A stretch of DNA of 64,000 bases. Source: a virus. The notes below the pieces were generated by a model. That model did no database searches and had not been told where the DNA came from. It saw nothing but the letters and a program-made list of their open reading frames with translations. The first letter of the stretch is position 1; each line of letters begins with the position of its first letter. The position numbers were made by a program, and so were the translations under genes. The stretch spans positions 1 to 64,000 of IMG/VR virus record IMGVR_UViG_3300030108_003282; one strand, given 5' to 3'. This document shows positions 18,494 to 28,900 of the stretch, one piece after another.

Positions 18494-19391
18494 AAAGTAT
18501 GAAGCAAGAATATCTTCAATGCGAGATTTTACTTATGATTGGCAACCAGAAAATTATGACGACCCTTCAAAGCCTATCTTGAAGATTAGTAAATCTTCCT
18601 TAGTTAATACTTTTGGTTGGTGTAATAAGAAGTATGAATTTGCTTATATTCAAAAACTTCCGCAAGACCAAACAGAAGCCATGAGAAAGGGTACTATTCT
18701 TCACAATAGCCGAGAGGCTTTCTTTGAAGAGTTTGATATTAAGAAAGCAGAAAAGATGAATAACTCAGAAGTTCTTGAATACTGCACATCTTTAATGCCT
18801 GTTGATGATTATTTTGATATTTCATTAACAGTAGCGGCATTTGAAGCCCAACGCTTTATTGAAGCAAGAAGCGAAGAAAGAGTTGATGAGTTTCTACCAG
18901 TAATTAATGAAAAGTTATTTGATTGTGAAATTACCGTGCCTAAAAATGTAAGTAAGAAATATCCTCTTCAAAGAGACTATGTAGTGAGACTTCAAGGTAT
19001 TATTGACCGTGTGTTTATTGAAGACGGCAAACTGATTCCGTTTGAATACAAGACTGGGGGCTGGAAAGATAGTAAAGAATCTTCTATGCGTCAAGAAATG
19101 GCCTTTTATCAATTGATGATTGAAAATGCACCCGAAGAAGTGCTTGAAAAACATGGTTTGACAAAAGACATGAAAGTGAGCCATTGGGGTTGGTATTATC
19201 CTGTTGCTAATCATATTCAGGTTGAACCTGTTAAAAAGAGGTCAATGACCGCACTATGGGATAATATTGCTAAGTTGATTTATTCTTATGAACAAAAACA
19301 ATTCCCGACTAGTTTTTGGAGAAGCACTTGTTCTGAGTATTGTTCTTATTACGGTATTTGTCCTGCGGCACAAGAGGATGCGTGGTTGTGA
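18480..19391 (+). CDS. Cas4-like PD-(D/E)xK nuclease with Fe-S cysteines
   Basis: ISKSS..C, GTILH, GIIDR, EYKTG, QEMAFY, C-terminal CSEYC..C. Confidence 0.9.
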   Translation: MNTDEKYEARISSMRDFTYDWQPENYDDPSKPILKISKSSLVNTFGWCNKKYEFAYIQKLPQDQTEAMRKGTILHNSREAFFEEFDIKKAEKMNNSEVLEYCTSLMPVDDYFDISLTVAAFEAQRFIEARSEERVDEFLPVINEKLFDCEITVPKNVSKKYPLQRDYVVRLQGIIDRVFIEDGKLIPFEYKTGGWKDSKESSMRQEMAFYQLMIENAPEEVLEKHGLTKDMKVSHWGWYYPVANHIQVEPVKKRSMTALWDNIAKLIYSYEQKQFPTSFWRSTCSEYCSYYGICPAAQEDAWL

Positions 19392-19395
19392 TAAT

Positions 19396-19560
19396 ATGAG
19401 AAAAACATTAGTAAAAAGAGAAAAAATTGTAGAGCATAAAATTGAATTAAAGAAGTTATATGACGAAATAAAGTTTAATTACCAACCGCCCCTATCGTTT
19501 AATGATTTTCTTATCATGATAATAATGACTATGGAGGGAGAAAATGAAAGAACTAATTGA
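19396..19560 (+). CDS. small hypothetical protein
   Basis: start at MRKTLV. Confidence 0.45.
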   Translation: MRKTLVKREKIVEHKIELKKLYDEIKFNYQPPLSFNDFLIMIIMTMEGENERTN

Positions 19561-19915
19561 AAAGAAAGTGCTTGGAAGAAATTGGACATTCAATGAGATT
19601 TCTAATCTCAATGATACAGTAGCCGACTTATCACAGGATATTTATTCAGAAATGACATTAGTTGAAAAGTTTAAATTAATTCAAGACCTGAGAATAAAAG
19701 AAGATTATGTTGGTGCATATTTTGAAGATGTAGTTAAACTAACAGTAATGACAGTATTAAATGGCGAGATTGCTAGGATAATCAAACAATTGCTCAATGG
19801 AGCAACAATTAATTTTGGAGGTAATAAGAATGAAGTTTCCGAGGGAAGTTTGGGCGGGAAGCCACATCAAGAACGCACCACAAATGAAAAGAAAAGTCGT
19901 CTTAGCGAGGAATGA
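19544..19915 (+). CDS. hypothetical protein
   Basis: GGAGG SD. Confidence 0.6.
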   Translation: MKELIEKKVLGRNWTFNEISNLNDTVADLSQDIYSEMTLVEKFKLIQDLRIKEDYVGAYFEDVVKLTVMTVLNGEIARIIKQLLNGATINFGGNKNEVSEGSLGGKPHQERTTNEKKSRLSEE

Positions 19916-20858
19916 TTATGCTAACTTTATTAATGCTCAAAATAACAGGACAAATGTCTATACTACGGTCTATGACTTTGAACACTTTTCGGAGAAAGCA
20001 AAAGTAGAATCCTCAGTTATTATTGATAGAGTTTTTCTTGATTTTGATGCACACGAAGATGAATTAGAATTGGCTTGGCGAGATGTGAAAAAGGTGATGG
20101 AATTGGTTATTACAAAAAATTATCAACACACTTTGTTTTTCTCAGGCCGTGGATTTCATTTATTTTTGTTTGGAGAAAGAACAAATAACATGAGAAATGT
20201 TCAAACATTTTTCCGTGAAATTAAAGAGTATTTGAAGGCAAAGGTTGGAAGTAAGAATACTCTTGATGATAGGGTAGGTCAAACAACAAGACTACGAAGA
20301 GTTCCAAATACGGTTAATATGTCCTCTTCTGATGAGAACGGTAATCCTTATTATTGTGTTCCTTTGACTGTTGATGACCTTTCTTTGTCTCTTGAAGAAA
20401 TACTATCAATTGCTAAGAAGCCTCGCCATATCCCGTTCAAAAAGGGCGGCAAAAACGAGGTGCTGTTTCCCGATGCACCCCCCATTGAGGCAAAGGTGGG
20501 CGACGTTTCCGTTCCCGATACAGTAGGAAAACTTCCAATGTTGCCCTGTTTGCATAATGCGGTAATGACAGAGAATCCCTCGCATATGTCAAGAGCATAC
20601 CTTGTTTCTTGGTATCGTGATTTATTATCAGGCTATCGTGATTTATCTTCAGGACAGGAGAAAATGAAAGTGCTTGAGTTAGTCGTTGAAGAACTTGAAA
20701 GAGTATTTGCTGAATCTGATTCAGTATGGCTTGATTGGGATAAGAACGAAACTAGAAAACACGCAAGATTTACAGTATTCAATAACTATAATACACCCCA
20801 TTGTGATAAATTGATTAGTGATGGATATTGTGTTGGTAAATGTTGGAGGTATGCTTAA
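19830..20858 (+). CDS. priS: archaeo-eukaryotic primase, PriS-PriL fusion
   Basis: FLDFD, FSGRGFH, RLRRVPNT; C-terminal PriL Fe-S cysteines (PC...H..R...C...C..KC). Confidence 0.9.
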   Translation: MKFPREVWAGSHIKNAPQMKRKVVLARNDYANFINAQNNRTNVYTTVYDFEHFSEKAKVESSVIIDRVFLDFDAHEDELELAWRDVKKVMELVITKNYQHTLFFSGRGFHLFLFGERTNNMRNVQTFFREIKEYLKAKVGSKNTLDDRVGQTTRLRRVPNTVNMSSSDENGNPYYCVPLTVDDLSLSLEEILSIAKKPRHIPFKKGGKNEVLFPDAPPIEAKVGDVSVPDTVGKLPMLPCLHNAVMTENPSHMSRAYLVSWYRDLLSGYRDLSSGQEKMKVLELVVEELERVFAESDSVWLDWDKNETRKHARFTVFNNYNTPHCDKLISDGYCVGKCWRYA

Positions 20859-20954
20859 TGGGAAGAAAAAGCATAATGTTCTACTCAAGAGTTTGTTTTT
20901 ACTGTTTAGGCAGTATTGCTTTTGTTGTAAATATAGTTATGGAGGTAGGTGCAA

Positions 20955-21644
20955 ATGCTTGTCATTGATTCAAGGGAGAAGTCTAAATTAGCCAAACTGG
21001 TAATGCAGAAAGCAAAGGGATTAAATATACAATATGAACAGCGTTGGATTGAGATAGGCGACTATGTTTATGATGATGTTTGTTTTGAGGCAAAGTCCAC
21101 CACAGACTTCTTAGGGTCAGTAATATCAAAAAGATTATGGACTCAAATTGATAATATGGATAGACACTATAAAACAAATGTAGTGATTATTCATGGTAGT
21201 CTTGATGAAGCAATTATGAATGTAATACAAAATTCACCCAGTAAAATGCCAATTAGCAGTAGGAATATTATGCTAAACCAAAAGTTTCTTGGTGCTATTG
21301 GCAGGTTAATTCTTGATACAGATGTAAAACCAGTATGGGTAGAAACAGAAGAAGAAGCAGCATTAATTATAACAGCAGTAAGTAAAATGAAACCAATGAC
21401 AAGAGATGTAATAGCACCACAAGTATTTAAAAGATTAACAACGGATGATTTAAGACTAGATTTATTAAGCAGTATTAAAGGCGTATCAATTAAAAAAGCA
21501 AAACAACTAATAAAAGAATTTGGCTCTATTATGGAAATAGGTGAGTGTTCAGCATATGAATTACAAGCCATTGAGGGAATCGGAGAAACCTTAGCCAACA
21601 GAATAATCTCCACATTAAACTCGGAAGAGAAGGTGAAAATATGA
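20955..21644 (+). CDS. ERCC4/XPF structure-specific nuclease with HhH2
   Basis: IDSRE, GDY, EAKS..DF; IKGVS and IEGIG HhH motifs. Confidence 0.9.
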   Translation: MLVIDSREKSKLAKLVMQKAKGLNIQYEQRWIEIGDYVYDDVCFEAKSTTDFLGSVISKRLWTQIDNMDRHYKTNVVIIHGSLDEAIMNVIQNSPSKMPISSRNIMLNQKFLGAIGRLILDTDVKPVWVETEEEAALIITAVSKMKPMTRDVIAPQVFKRLTTDDLRLDLLSSIKGVSIKKAKQLIKEFGSIMEIGECSAYELQAIEGIGETLANRIISTLNSEEKVKI

Positions 21645-23104
21645 ATGAAGAATTTAACGAAGAAGAATATATGGAAGCACTTGAATCGAATGCAGGTGTT
21701 TTTAGCGAAGCATTACCCGCAATTGTAAGGGATTTTCAAGCATCAGCAGTTGAAGTATCACACTATAATGATATTCCTGCTGGTATTTGTTTCTTTAACA
21801 TTTTAGGTCAAGTAGTGAAAGATTTCATTACTATTCCTAATGGAAGAAACCATGAAGACACAAGAATACATTTTTGTTGGGTTCAAACAAGCGGAACGGG
21901 TAAATCTACAATGTGGAACTTTGTTGGGCCAGTTTCAGAAAGAACCTTTAAGAAAATTAATGAGAGTAATAAACACCCTCCATTTGTAAGGAACAACTTA
22001 CCTATGAATCGAATCTTCAACACTTTTGGGGTGACTGATTATACCGATTCTGTTCTCATTGGTGGATATGATAAAGAAGTCAATGATGATGGAGAAGTTG
22101 AATATAATAGAAGACCTGGAGTTTTAGAAGGAAATGGCCTTGCTCATTGGGATGAGTTTGAATATTCTGGTATCTTTAAACAAAGCCAACATAAAGAAAA
22201 CTCTATTGTGTATCTCAATACTTTGATGAACTCATTAGCGGGAGAGTCTTGGATTATTTCTAAGGCTTTAACTTCTTTTGGTGGCATGATTATGGAATGT
22301 TTCTGTGAGCGTTCCGTTTTGGCTATGACTTATCCACCAACCAATCTAAATGATGTTATGGCAGAAAAGGGTGTTCTACAAAGAATGCTATTGTATGTTT
22401 GGGATGTTCCTGAGTTTATTCAACATAAAATGCGTCTTGAACAAATTGAAAAAGCGGGAACGGTTGAAGAAGTTAATTCACCAATTGACAAGTATGCAGA
22501 TGCTATCTTTACTCTCTATGAATTAACCCGTGATAGATTTAATGAAGTAGGAGGCGACCCTCTTAAAACAATGAAATATACTCCCGACTTTAATCAGGTT
22601 CTAAGACTTGAATATGAAAGTATGCGTATGTATATTCAATCTTATCCTAGCCATGTTGCTAAGATTGCGGGTAATTTTACTACCCGTTTGATGAAAATTC
22701 TGTATAAAATGTCTGTTCTTTGTAGCGTTGCATCTGCTCCATCAATCAAGGATAAAAACCAAAGATTCGTAGTTACTGGACATAATGTGCGTCAAGCCTC
22801 AACAATCGTCCGACAATGTTATAGGTCATTGGTGGACTGGCTAACTGATAGCCTCCGAGCGAAGCGTAAGAGCATAGCCGAGAACTCGCTTGAATCTCTC
22901 TTTATGGATGTTTATAGCAAAATGAAGAAAGATGATGAAGGTTTTGTCAATAAAACAACACTCTTAACAGAAGTCCGAACCAAAGCGAAAAAATCAAGAG
23001 CGCAGGTGTATAGGCATTTTGATGTAATTAGACACAAGTTTGAGGAACAAAAAGGTGCAAGTAATAGGACTTATGTTAAGTTAATACGGAGTGATGAAGA
23101 ATGA
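21641..23104 (+). CDS. mcm: MCM-like AAA+ helicase
   Basis: SGTGKS, PGVL...HWDEF, LQRM arginine finger, C-terminal wHTH. Confidence 0.75.
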   Translation: MNEEFNEEEYMEALESNAGVFSEALPAIVRDFQASAVEVSHYNDIPAGICFFNILGQVVKDFITIPNGRNHEDTRIHFCWVQTSGTGKSTMWNFVGPVSERTFKKINESNKHPPFVRNNLPMNRIFNTFGVTDYTDSVLIGGYDKEVNDDGEVEYNRRPGVLEGNGLAHWDEFEYSGIFKQSQHKENSIVYLNTLMNSLAGESWIISKALTSFGGMIMECFCERSVLAMTYPPTNLNDVMAEKGVLQRMLLYVWDVPEFIQHKMRLEQIEKAGTVEEVNSPIDKYADAIFTLYELTRDRFNEVGGDPLKTMKYTPDFNQVLRLEYESMRMYIQSYPSHVAKIAGNFTTRLMKILYKMSVLCSVASAPSIKDKNQRFVVTGHNVRQASTIVRQCYRSLVDWLTDSLRAKRKSIAENSLESLFMDVYSKMKKDDEGFVNKTTLLTEVRTKAKKSRAQVYRHFDVIRHKFEEQKGASNRTYVKLIRSDEE

Positions 23105-23328
23105 AGTGGGAAAATACCTATCTGGTGTTTCAAGTTGAGAAAGGGCCAAAAGTAATTATTGATACGTTGAATACTTACGGGGAAGATGGTTGGGAATGTT
23201 GTTCCCAACTAATTGTCGCAAATAAGCAGATTGTTTGTTTCTTAAAGCGAAGAACCGACCTTGAAGAAGAACCAAAGGTCAATAAGGAAGAAGAAAAGAT
23301 TAGCAAACTTTGGTCTAACGGTGAATGA
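23101..23328 (+). CDS. DUF4177-like small protein
   Basis: KWE...LNTYGEDGWE...FLKR. Confidence 0.65.
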   Translation: MKWENTYLVFQVEKGPKVIIDTLNTYGEDGWECCSQLIVANKQIVCFLKRRTDLEEEPKVNKEEEKISKLWSNGE

Positions 23329-23329
23329 T

Positions 23330-23923
23330 ATGTCAGTTTTGGCTATTGATTTAGAAACCAAAAATATGTCCTATGACATTGGTGGTTTTGGCAATACCCA
23401 TATGTTTCAAGTATCAACCGTAGCAACATGGGATGGACAAAATGGAACTGTTTATGTTGATGAAACAGTTGATACTTTTGCTAAATCAGGACACACAATT
23501 AAGTCTCTTTCTGAACTTAAATATGATTTAGATAATCATTTTCAAAAGGGAGGATTATTATTGGGACATAACATCAAGGCTTTTGATTTGCCTATTCTTA
23601 GGGATTCTATGGACATTTATTGTATCAATAAGTATATTAAAGAAGAACAATTCATTGATACTTCAAGAATACTTTTGAAAGAACATGGAGAAAGATTTCA
23701 ATTAAAAAATCTAGTAAAATGCACAATGAATGATTTTAAACTAATGGATAGTGCAGATGCTCCTAAATTATGGAAAGCAGGTCAATATGATGAGGTTGTT
23801 GAGTATTGTATGAAAGATACTCAATTAGTCTATGACCTTTGGAAGTATGGGCAAACAAATGGTATTGTTAAGGCTTTTTCTTTGGAAGAAGGCGAACATA
23901 AAGAATTAGAGGTGATGTGGTAA
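23330..23923 (+). CDS. RNase H-fold DEDDy 3'-5' exonuclease (YprB-like)
   Basis: IDLET, GHNIKAFDLP, YCMKD. Confidence 0.9.
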   Translation: MSVLAIDLETKNMSYDIGGFGNTHMFQVSTVATWDGQNGTVYVDETVDTFAKSGHTIKSLSELKYDLDNHFQKGGLLLGHNIKAFDLPILRDSMDIYCINKYIKEEQFIDTSRILLKEHGERFQLKNLVKCTMNDFKLMDSADAPKLWKAGQYDEVVEYCMKDTQLVYDLWKYGQTNGIVKAFSLEEGEHKELEVMW

Positions 23924-24069
23924 TGACAACATGGGAATGGATTGGTTTAATCTTTTTCGTTGCTATTTTGATGCTTTTATTCTTTGCTGCTTTTGGTGGA
24001 ACTAATATCACCGATGAAAGCGTTGAAGAATACATGAAGCGTCTGATGGGCGACGATAGCCAAAAGTGA
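23923..24069 (+). CDS. 48-aa single-TM membrane protein (not in track)
   Basis: MTTWEWIGLIFFVAILMLLFFAAFGG; TAATG overlap; GGTGA SD. Confidence 0.65.
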   Translation: MTTWEWIGLIFFVAILMLLFFAAFGGTNITDESVEEYMKRLMGDDSQK

Positions 24070-24073
24070 TGAT

Positions 24074-24217
24074 ATGGCATTAAAGCAAGAATGCTTCTAC
24101 TGTAAAGAAAAGACAGTAGCAAGACGATTACTTGGCTTTTATGTTGGTTCTACTGAACAAGTAAAATTGTGGGAATGTAGAGCCTGTAATTCCATTTGGT
24201 CGGAAAAAACAAATTGA
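24074..24217 (+). CDS. 47-aa zinc ribbon, TFS/RPB9-like spacing (not in track)
   Basis: CFYC...WECRACNSIWSE. Confidence 0.6.
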   Translation: MALKQECFYCKEKTVARRLLGFYVGSTEQVKLWECRACNSIWSEKTN

Positions 24218-24258
24218 GGGGGAGCGTATGCTCCCTCTCCTTTTTTTTGGTTTTTTCT
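24216..24258 (+). terminator. hairpin plus T-tract at the convergence of the two arms
   Basis: GAGGGGGAGC-GTAT-GCTCCCTCTC followed by T8 and T6 tracts. Confidence 0.8.
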
Positions 24259-24403
24259 CGATGCCCGATTTTAAATTCGCTTATTACGAATTTTATTAGG
24301 CTAAATGAGAGCATTTCCTCATATTAGGAAGGACACCCCCTACATTCAAATCTTCCTGCGAATTGATTTGAATGCAACGCCAAAGTTGGTGTTGTTGAAC
24401 TAA

Positions 24404-25552
24404 TTAAGAGATTAGACCATACAGTTGTAAAGCATCAATTACTGCATCTAGTTTAGTTCTAAGATTTGAAATCTCTGCTTCTAAAGAACCCACATATGCG
24501 TCTAAACCCGGTTCAAATCCTGGATTTGCTGTTGGGTCAGCAGGAGGTCTGGAAATTACCGATGTTGTACCTAAATTATTAACAGTCTGTTTAGTTGCAG
24601 GAGTTGTAGCATAAAAGCCAACAGTTGAACCATTATGGTCTAAAGCACCACCAATTATAACATCACCGCTTGAACGAATATTACCTGAAACAGATAATTT
24701 TTCAGCAGGGGTAGCAGTTCCAATTCCAACCTTTGAGACATCACCATCAATTCTTATAACTTCAGTGGGAGTTCCACCATCATTGATTTTAAAGATAATA
24801 TCTTTGTCTGAATTTGTATTTTCAATAATAGCGTCATTAGAAGAAGCAGAAAAATCTAATCCTGCTTCTGTTTCAATCGCTGAAACTGCATTAGCATCGG
24901 AATAAGTTGAACCGACGCTACTTGGTGCAACAAGTTTTAATTGGTTATTTGTTGCATCTCTTACCAATAATCGGTCAGCGGCAGAATCTAAACTAGAAAT
25001 GTCAGTTAAAGCACTACCTGTTAATTCAACATTACCACCATTACCTTCCATTTTTAAAATTTCATTATAAACATTTGAATCAGAATAGGCAACAGAAAGA
25101 GTATTTGCTTCTTTTCTATTTGTAAAGTATTGAAACTCCATTGTTGATTGAACCGCAGTATATAGAACAATGGCAATAGGAATATCCCCCGCAGTTAATT
25201 CGGGAACTAAATTATCAGTTGTAGTAGTTCTAACAGCAAAAGCGTTTGAAGAATCAACAACAACCAAAGAATAAGTTTTTCCAGCCGAAGTAGCCCCGAT
25301 TGAAAGATTGCTCCCAGCAGTAATAGATGCTTGTAATTCTCCATCTCTTACTACTTTACCGCTTGTAATGTTAATTGCACTTGCACTAGCGGCAGTTATG
25401 TTAAAATCACTTGAAGTCTTAACGGGATAACTTCCCGTTGAATAAATCGCTAATGCTTTAATTAAACCAGTATGGGGTGCATCTGTTCCATCGGTGATTT
25501 GTGCGCTAACTGTTGTTCCTAATCTACTAAAATGATATGGATTACTAACCAT
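24404..25552 (-). CDS. tail fibre / receptor-binding protein
   Basis: Ser/Thr-rich beta repeats, VGIGTATPAEKLSVSG fibre motif, C-terminal coiled coil; last late gene. Confidence 0.75.
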   Translation of the reverse strand: MVSNPYHFSRLGTTVSAQITDGTDAPHTGLIKALAIYSTGSYPVKTSSDFNITAASASAINITSGKVVRDGELQASITAGSNLSIGATSAGKTYSLVVVDSSNAFAVRTTTTDNLVPELTAGDIPIAIVLYTAVQSTMEFQYFTNRKEANTLSVAYSDSNVYNEILKMEGNGGNVELTGSALTDISSLDSAADRLLVRDATNNQLKLVAPSSVGSTYSDANAVSAIETEAGLDFSASSNDAIIENTNSDKDIIFKINDGGTPTEVIRIDGDVSKVGIGTATPAEKLSVSGNIRSSGDVIIGGALDHNGSTVGFYATTPATKQTVNNLGTTSVISRPPADPTANPGFEPGLDAYVGSLEAEISNLRTKLDAVIDALQLYGLIS

Positions 25553-25906
25553 CTATTCCACCTCCATTGTAATAAAAATCTGTAATCTTTCAGACGCACT
25601 AAATGGGCCAACTCCCTGAAAATTTACTCTTTGAAGCAAACTGCCGCTTGCTGGTGTTGCATGATTAAATAAACCTGCTTCTCTTACAACTAAACCAGTG
25701 ATTGCTGTTCCTAATATTTCTAGTTTTACTTGAACAACATTTTCACTAGCCTTTTCTACTGATTTAGATACAGTAATAGACTCAATGGGAACATCAAGAG
25801 TATTTGCTAAAGGAGATGTAGAATTACCTCCTTGTCCTATTTGTCCACTTAATATTTCTTCTTTTAATTTAGTTGCTAAAATTTTTCTTAATTCATCTGT
25901 TATCAT
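25553..25906 (-). CDS. tail tip / fibre-attachment protein
   Basis: IG.G...REAGLFN pattern common in tail-collar proteins. Confidence 0.6.
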   Translation of the reverse strand: MITDELRKILATKLKEEILSGQIGQGGNSTSPLANTLDVPIESITVSKSVEKASENVVQVKLEILGTAITGLVVREAGLFNHATPASGSLLQRVNFQGVGPFSASERLQIFITMEVE

Positions 25907-28900
25907 AAATCTTCCTCCAAGAGTGTTGTGTGGGTAATTGTCCCTCCCCCGAATCCTATCGTGCTTGTGTCCGTATTTAAAGTGTGCGAGAAACCTAAAG
26001 TGATTCCTGTCTGCGTCCTCTTTCGCAAAACCAGATTTATTTCTTTTATCTTTATATTTTCAAAGAAATCAAAATTGAAATCGTTTTCTAAAAAGTCCTT
26101 TTTTCTAAGGTATGAATCTGTCTGTTTATTAGATAAAAGTAATTCTGAAAATCTGTCTTCAACACCTTTTTTGTATTTTCCTAAAACCAAAGTAGTTAAA
26201 CCACTAATTTCATATTTCATTTCTAAAACCATATATAAGTTTCTTGGTATATTTTCCTGCTTTATTTCAACAATAACAATATCTCCACTTGAAACTGTTT
26301 CTGCATCTCTAATGTGAGTTTTTATTTCTAAATTACCAGTATCATTATTATGTATATTTAATAGTTCAAAGGCTCGTTTATCTACATCTGATTGTGATTT
26401 AAGTTTTTTGTCAAACACTTCTAATGTCTTTTTTCCTATGTTCTTAATGCTGCGAATGTTTTTCTTTATTGCTTTATGACTGCTACCGTAAACAACTATT
26501 TCATTATAGAAATCAAAACCACTATCAACTAATTCGTATTCAATTATGTTATCATCATCAAACTCATATTTAGTAATAGTATTGGAATCTAAAATATCTC
26601 TTGAAGTAATTGTTCCAGCATTATCAAATAAAGTTTTATCTTTAAGATTTAAAAGATACTTTGCTAAAGTATATAATGAAGAACCTTGAAAATCAGGAGA
26701 AGCAAAAATACTGTAATCTGAAGAAACTAAAGAATGGCTAATATCGTTTTCAATAAACAACTCTTCTACTAACTCTTCTGCTTCTCTTGAAATATCAAGA
26801 GTTGCTCCTATGATGGCTCTTTTATCTGTGTTTTTTATATCTCCATTTATTTTGAGTTCAAAAGTTTCGGAAATAGAAACGGCTCCCTGTAGGTATTTTA
26901 GGTTTTCAAAGGATAAAGAGTGTATTTTTTGACTGGACCTCGAAGAACCAGTTAAATTACCAACAACATTAGTTTCTCCATCAGAAGCACATATTTCAAC
27001 ATTCATTCCATCAGCAGTAATTAGATTTTGTAATTCTGTTCTCGACCTTAAAACTGTTTTATTACTTTGTCCTATATTATCTAAATCAATGACACAATAC
27101 ATTGACAAAATACCTTCGTTTAAATCTGAAATTGATGTTCCTGAATTATCTTCTGTTATTCCAGCATCTTTATTTCCATAAACTTTTATCTGACCATACA
27201 TTTCAGAAGAATTAGGTTTCTTAGTATATGCTGAGGAAAGTTGGTTAATATTTATTTCTTTTGGGCTTGTATTCCAAAAGCAGACAGGATTTGGTTGCAT
27301 TATTTTAAATACTATCCCATTAAAATCAGAATGAGATATATCAACATCTAAAGTAATAAAGGAAAAATCTTCATCATCCGATACACTAGTTGAAGTATCA
27401 TAAACATGAGAAACGACATATGCAAAATTATCTACATGAACATCCTTTGAGAAGGCGTTGCTTGAATCAATTGTTGCACCAGTGGTGTCTTGGCCTTTAA
27501 TTGGAACCAAATAACAACCAGTTAAATCTAAAAATTGTAAAAAGTTATATTTACCTTTATGACTAAATTTGAATTGATAATAAGTTTTGTTTCCAGATGC
27601 TTTCTTTTCAATTGGATAACTAGTTGCTGATTTAAGCCCTATTCCTGAACTAGCAGATGTTCCTGTCTCTCCACTAATAAAAAAGAATTTATATCCAGAA
27701 TATGCTCCTGCTAAGGAAGTAAAGTTATTATTACCAGAAACATCACCTAATATACTGTATCTTGAATCGTCATACAAAGGAACAACTAAATCATTACTAC
27801 CATCCGTTAGGTGTTCTAAAGATAATCCTCCCAAAGTATGCGTTTCACCCGCTTCAACGTCTCTTCCGCTTTCTACACTATATCCTTTTAATAAAACAAC
27901 CTTATGTCTTGTCATGTTTGCTAAACCATATTCTGTATAATCAATTGTTGGTAAATTAGCATAGTCTAGTTGTTTAAATATTCTGGAAAGATGAAAGTTT
28001 TTCTTGGGTCTTTTTGTAATAAATGTTAAACTTCCAGTATGAGTTGCAGAAGCAGCCGCACTTAAAGTCACAGTGGTTGAACCACCAATAGCAGTAATAT
28101 AAACTCCTGCGGCAATACCAAAATTAGTAGTTTCTCCAATTGCTCCAACACCAACATAAGCCCCCACTTCTAATTTAGAAGAGTCCTGAACAGTTAATGT
28201 TGTAGTTCCATTAGTGGAACAAGTTTGAGACACCCTATCAATTAAAAATGCTCTAGTTTGATTTTCTGAAAAAACAAATGGGCTTACCATACCATAATTT
28301 TCTCCGCTTCTAGCAATTTTAAGTAATTTTTCTGAGTATTTATCAAAGAATTTATTATTAGGATTTAAAGAACTCCCAGTATTATCATCGCAAAAAACTC
28401 TAGCACTGGCAAAAAACATATTTTTATTTGGATGCAGACCGCTTTGTTTTTCGCTCGCTATTTTGTAAATAACACTATTTGCTTCTTTACCAGATATGTC
28501 AGAAAATACAGTATTTGATTCAGTTGCACTTATTCTTCGGAGAGTTCCCGTGTATAAAGCACCATTATTAGATAAGTGATTTACATTGATAGAAACACTT
28601 GCGCCTGTTGGAGTAGAATTAACTTCACCCCAAATAACATTTTCTGCAAGGTCTACTAATAAATCATTGACTTGTAAATTTGTAGGAGTTCCAGTAATAG
28701 TTACTGTTGAATCTCTTCCAGAAAAAGTACCATAGTCACTTGTTGCAGAAATAGAAATTGCCGTTCCTCCTGAATCAACAACTGTTTCAACATCGTAATT
28801 AAATACTTTATCTAATTTTTCTATATATCTATTTTCATCTATCTCTTCTTCTGGATTTATTGGATTGTAAGCATAATCAGTAACTAATTCTGTTAATCTC

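Noticed and set aside
18480-19391. Cas4 as evidence of CRISPR-Cas
   Set aside because: Stand-alone viral Cas4-like nuclease; no cas1/cas2 or array.
24260-24403. Intergenic gap as tRNA, ncRNA or origin
   Set aside because: No cloverleaf or iterons recognised; only short weak stems.
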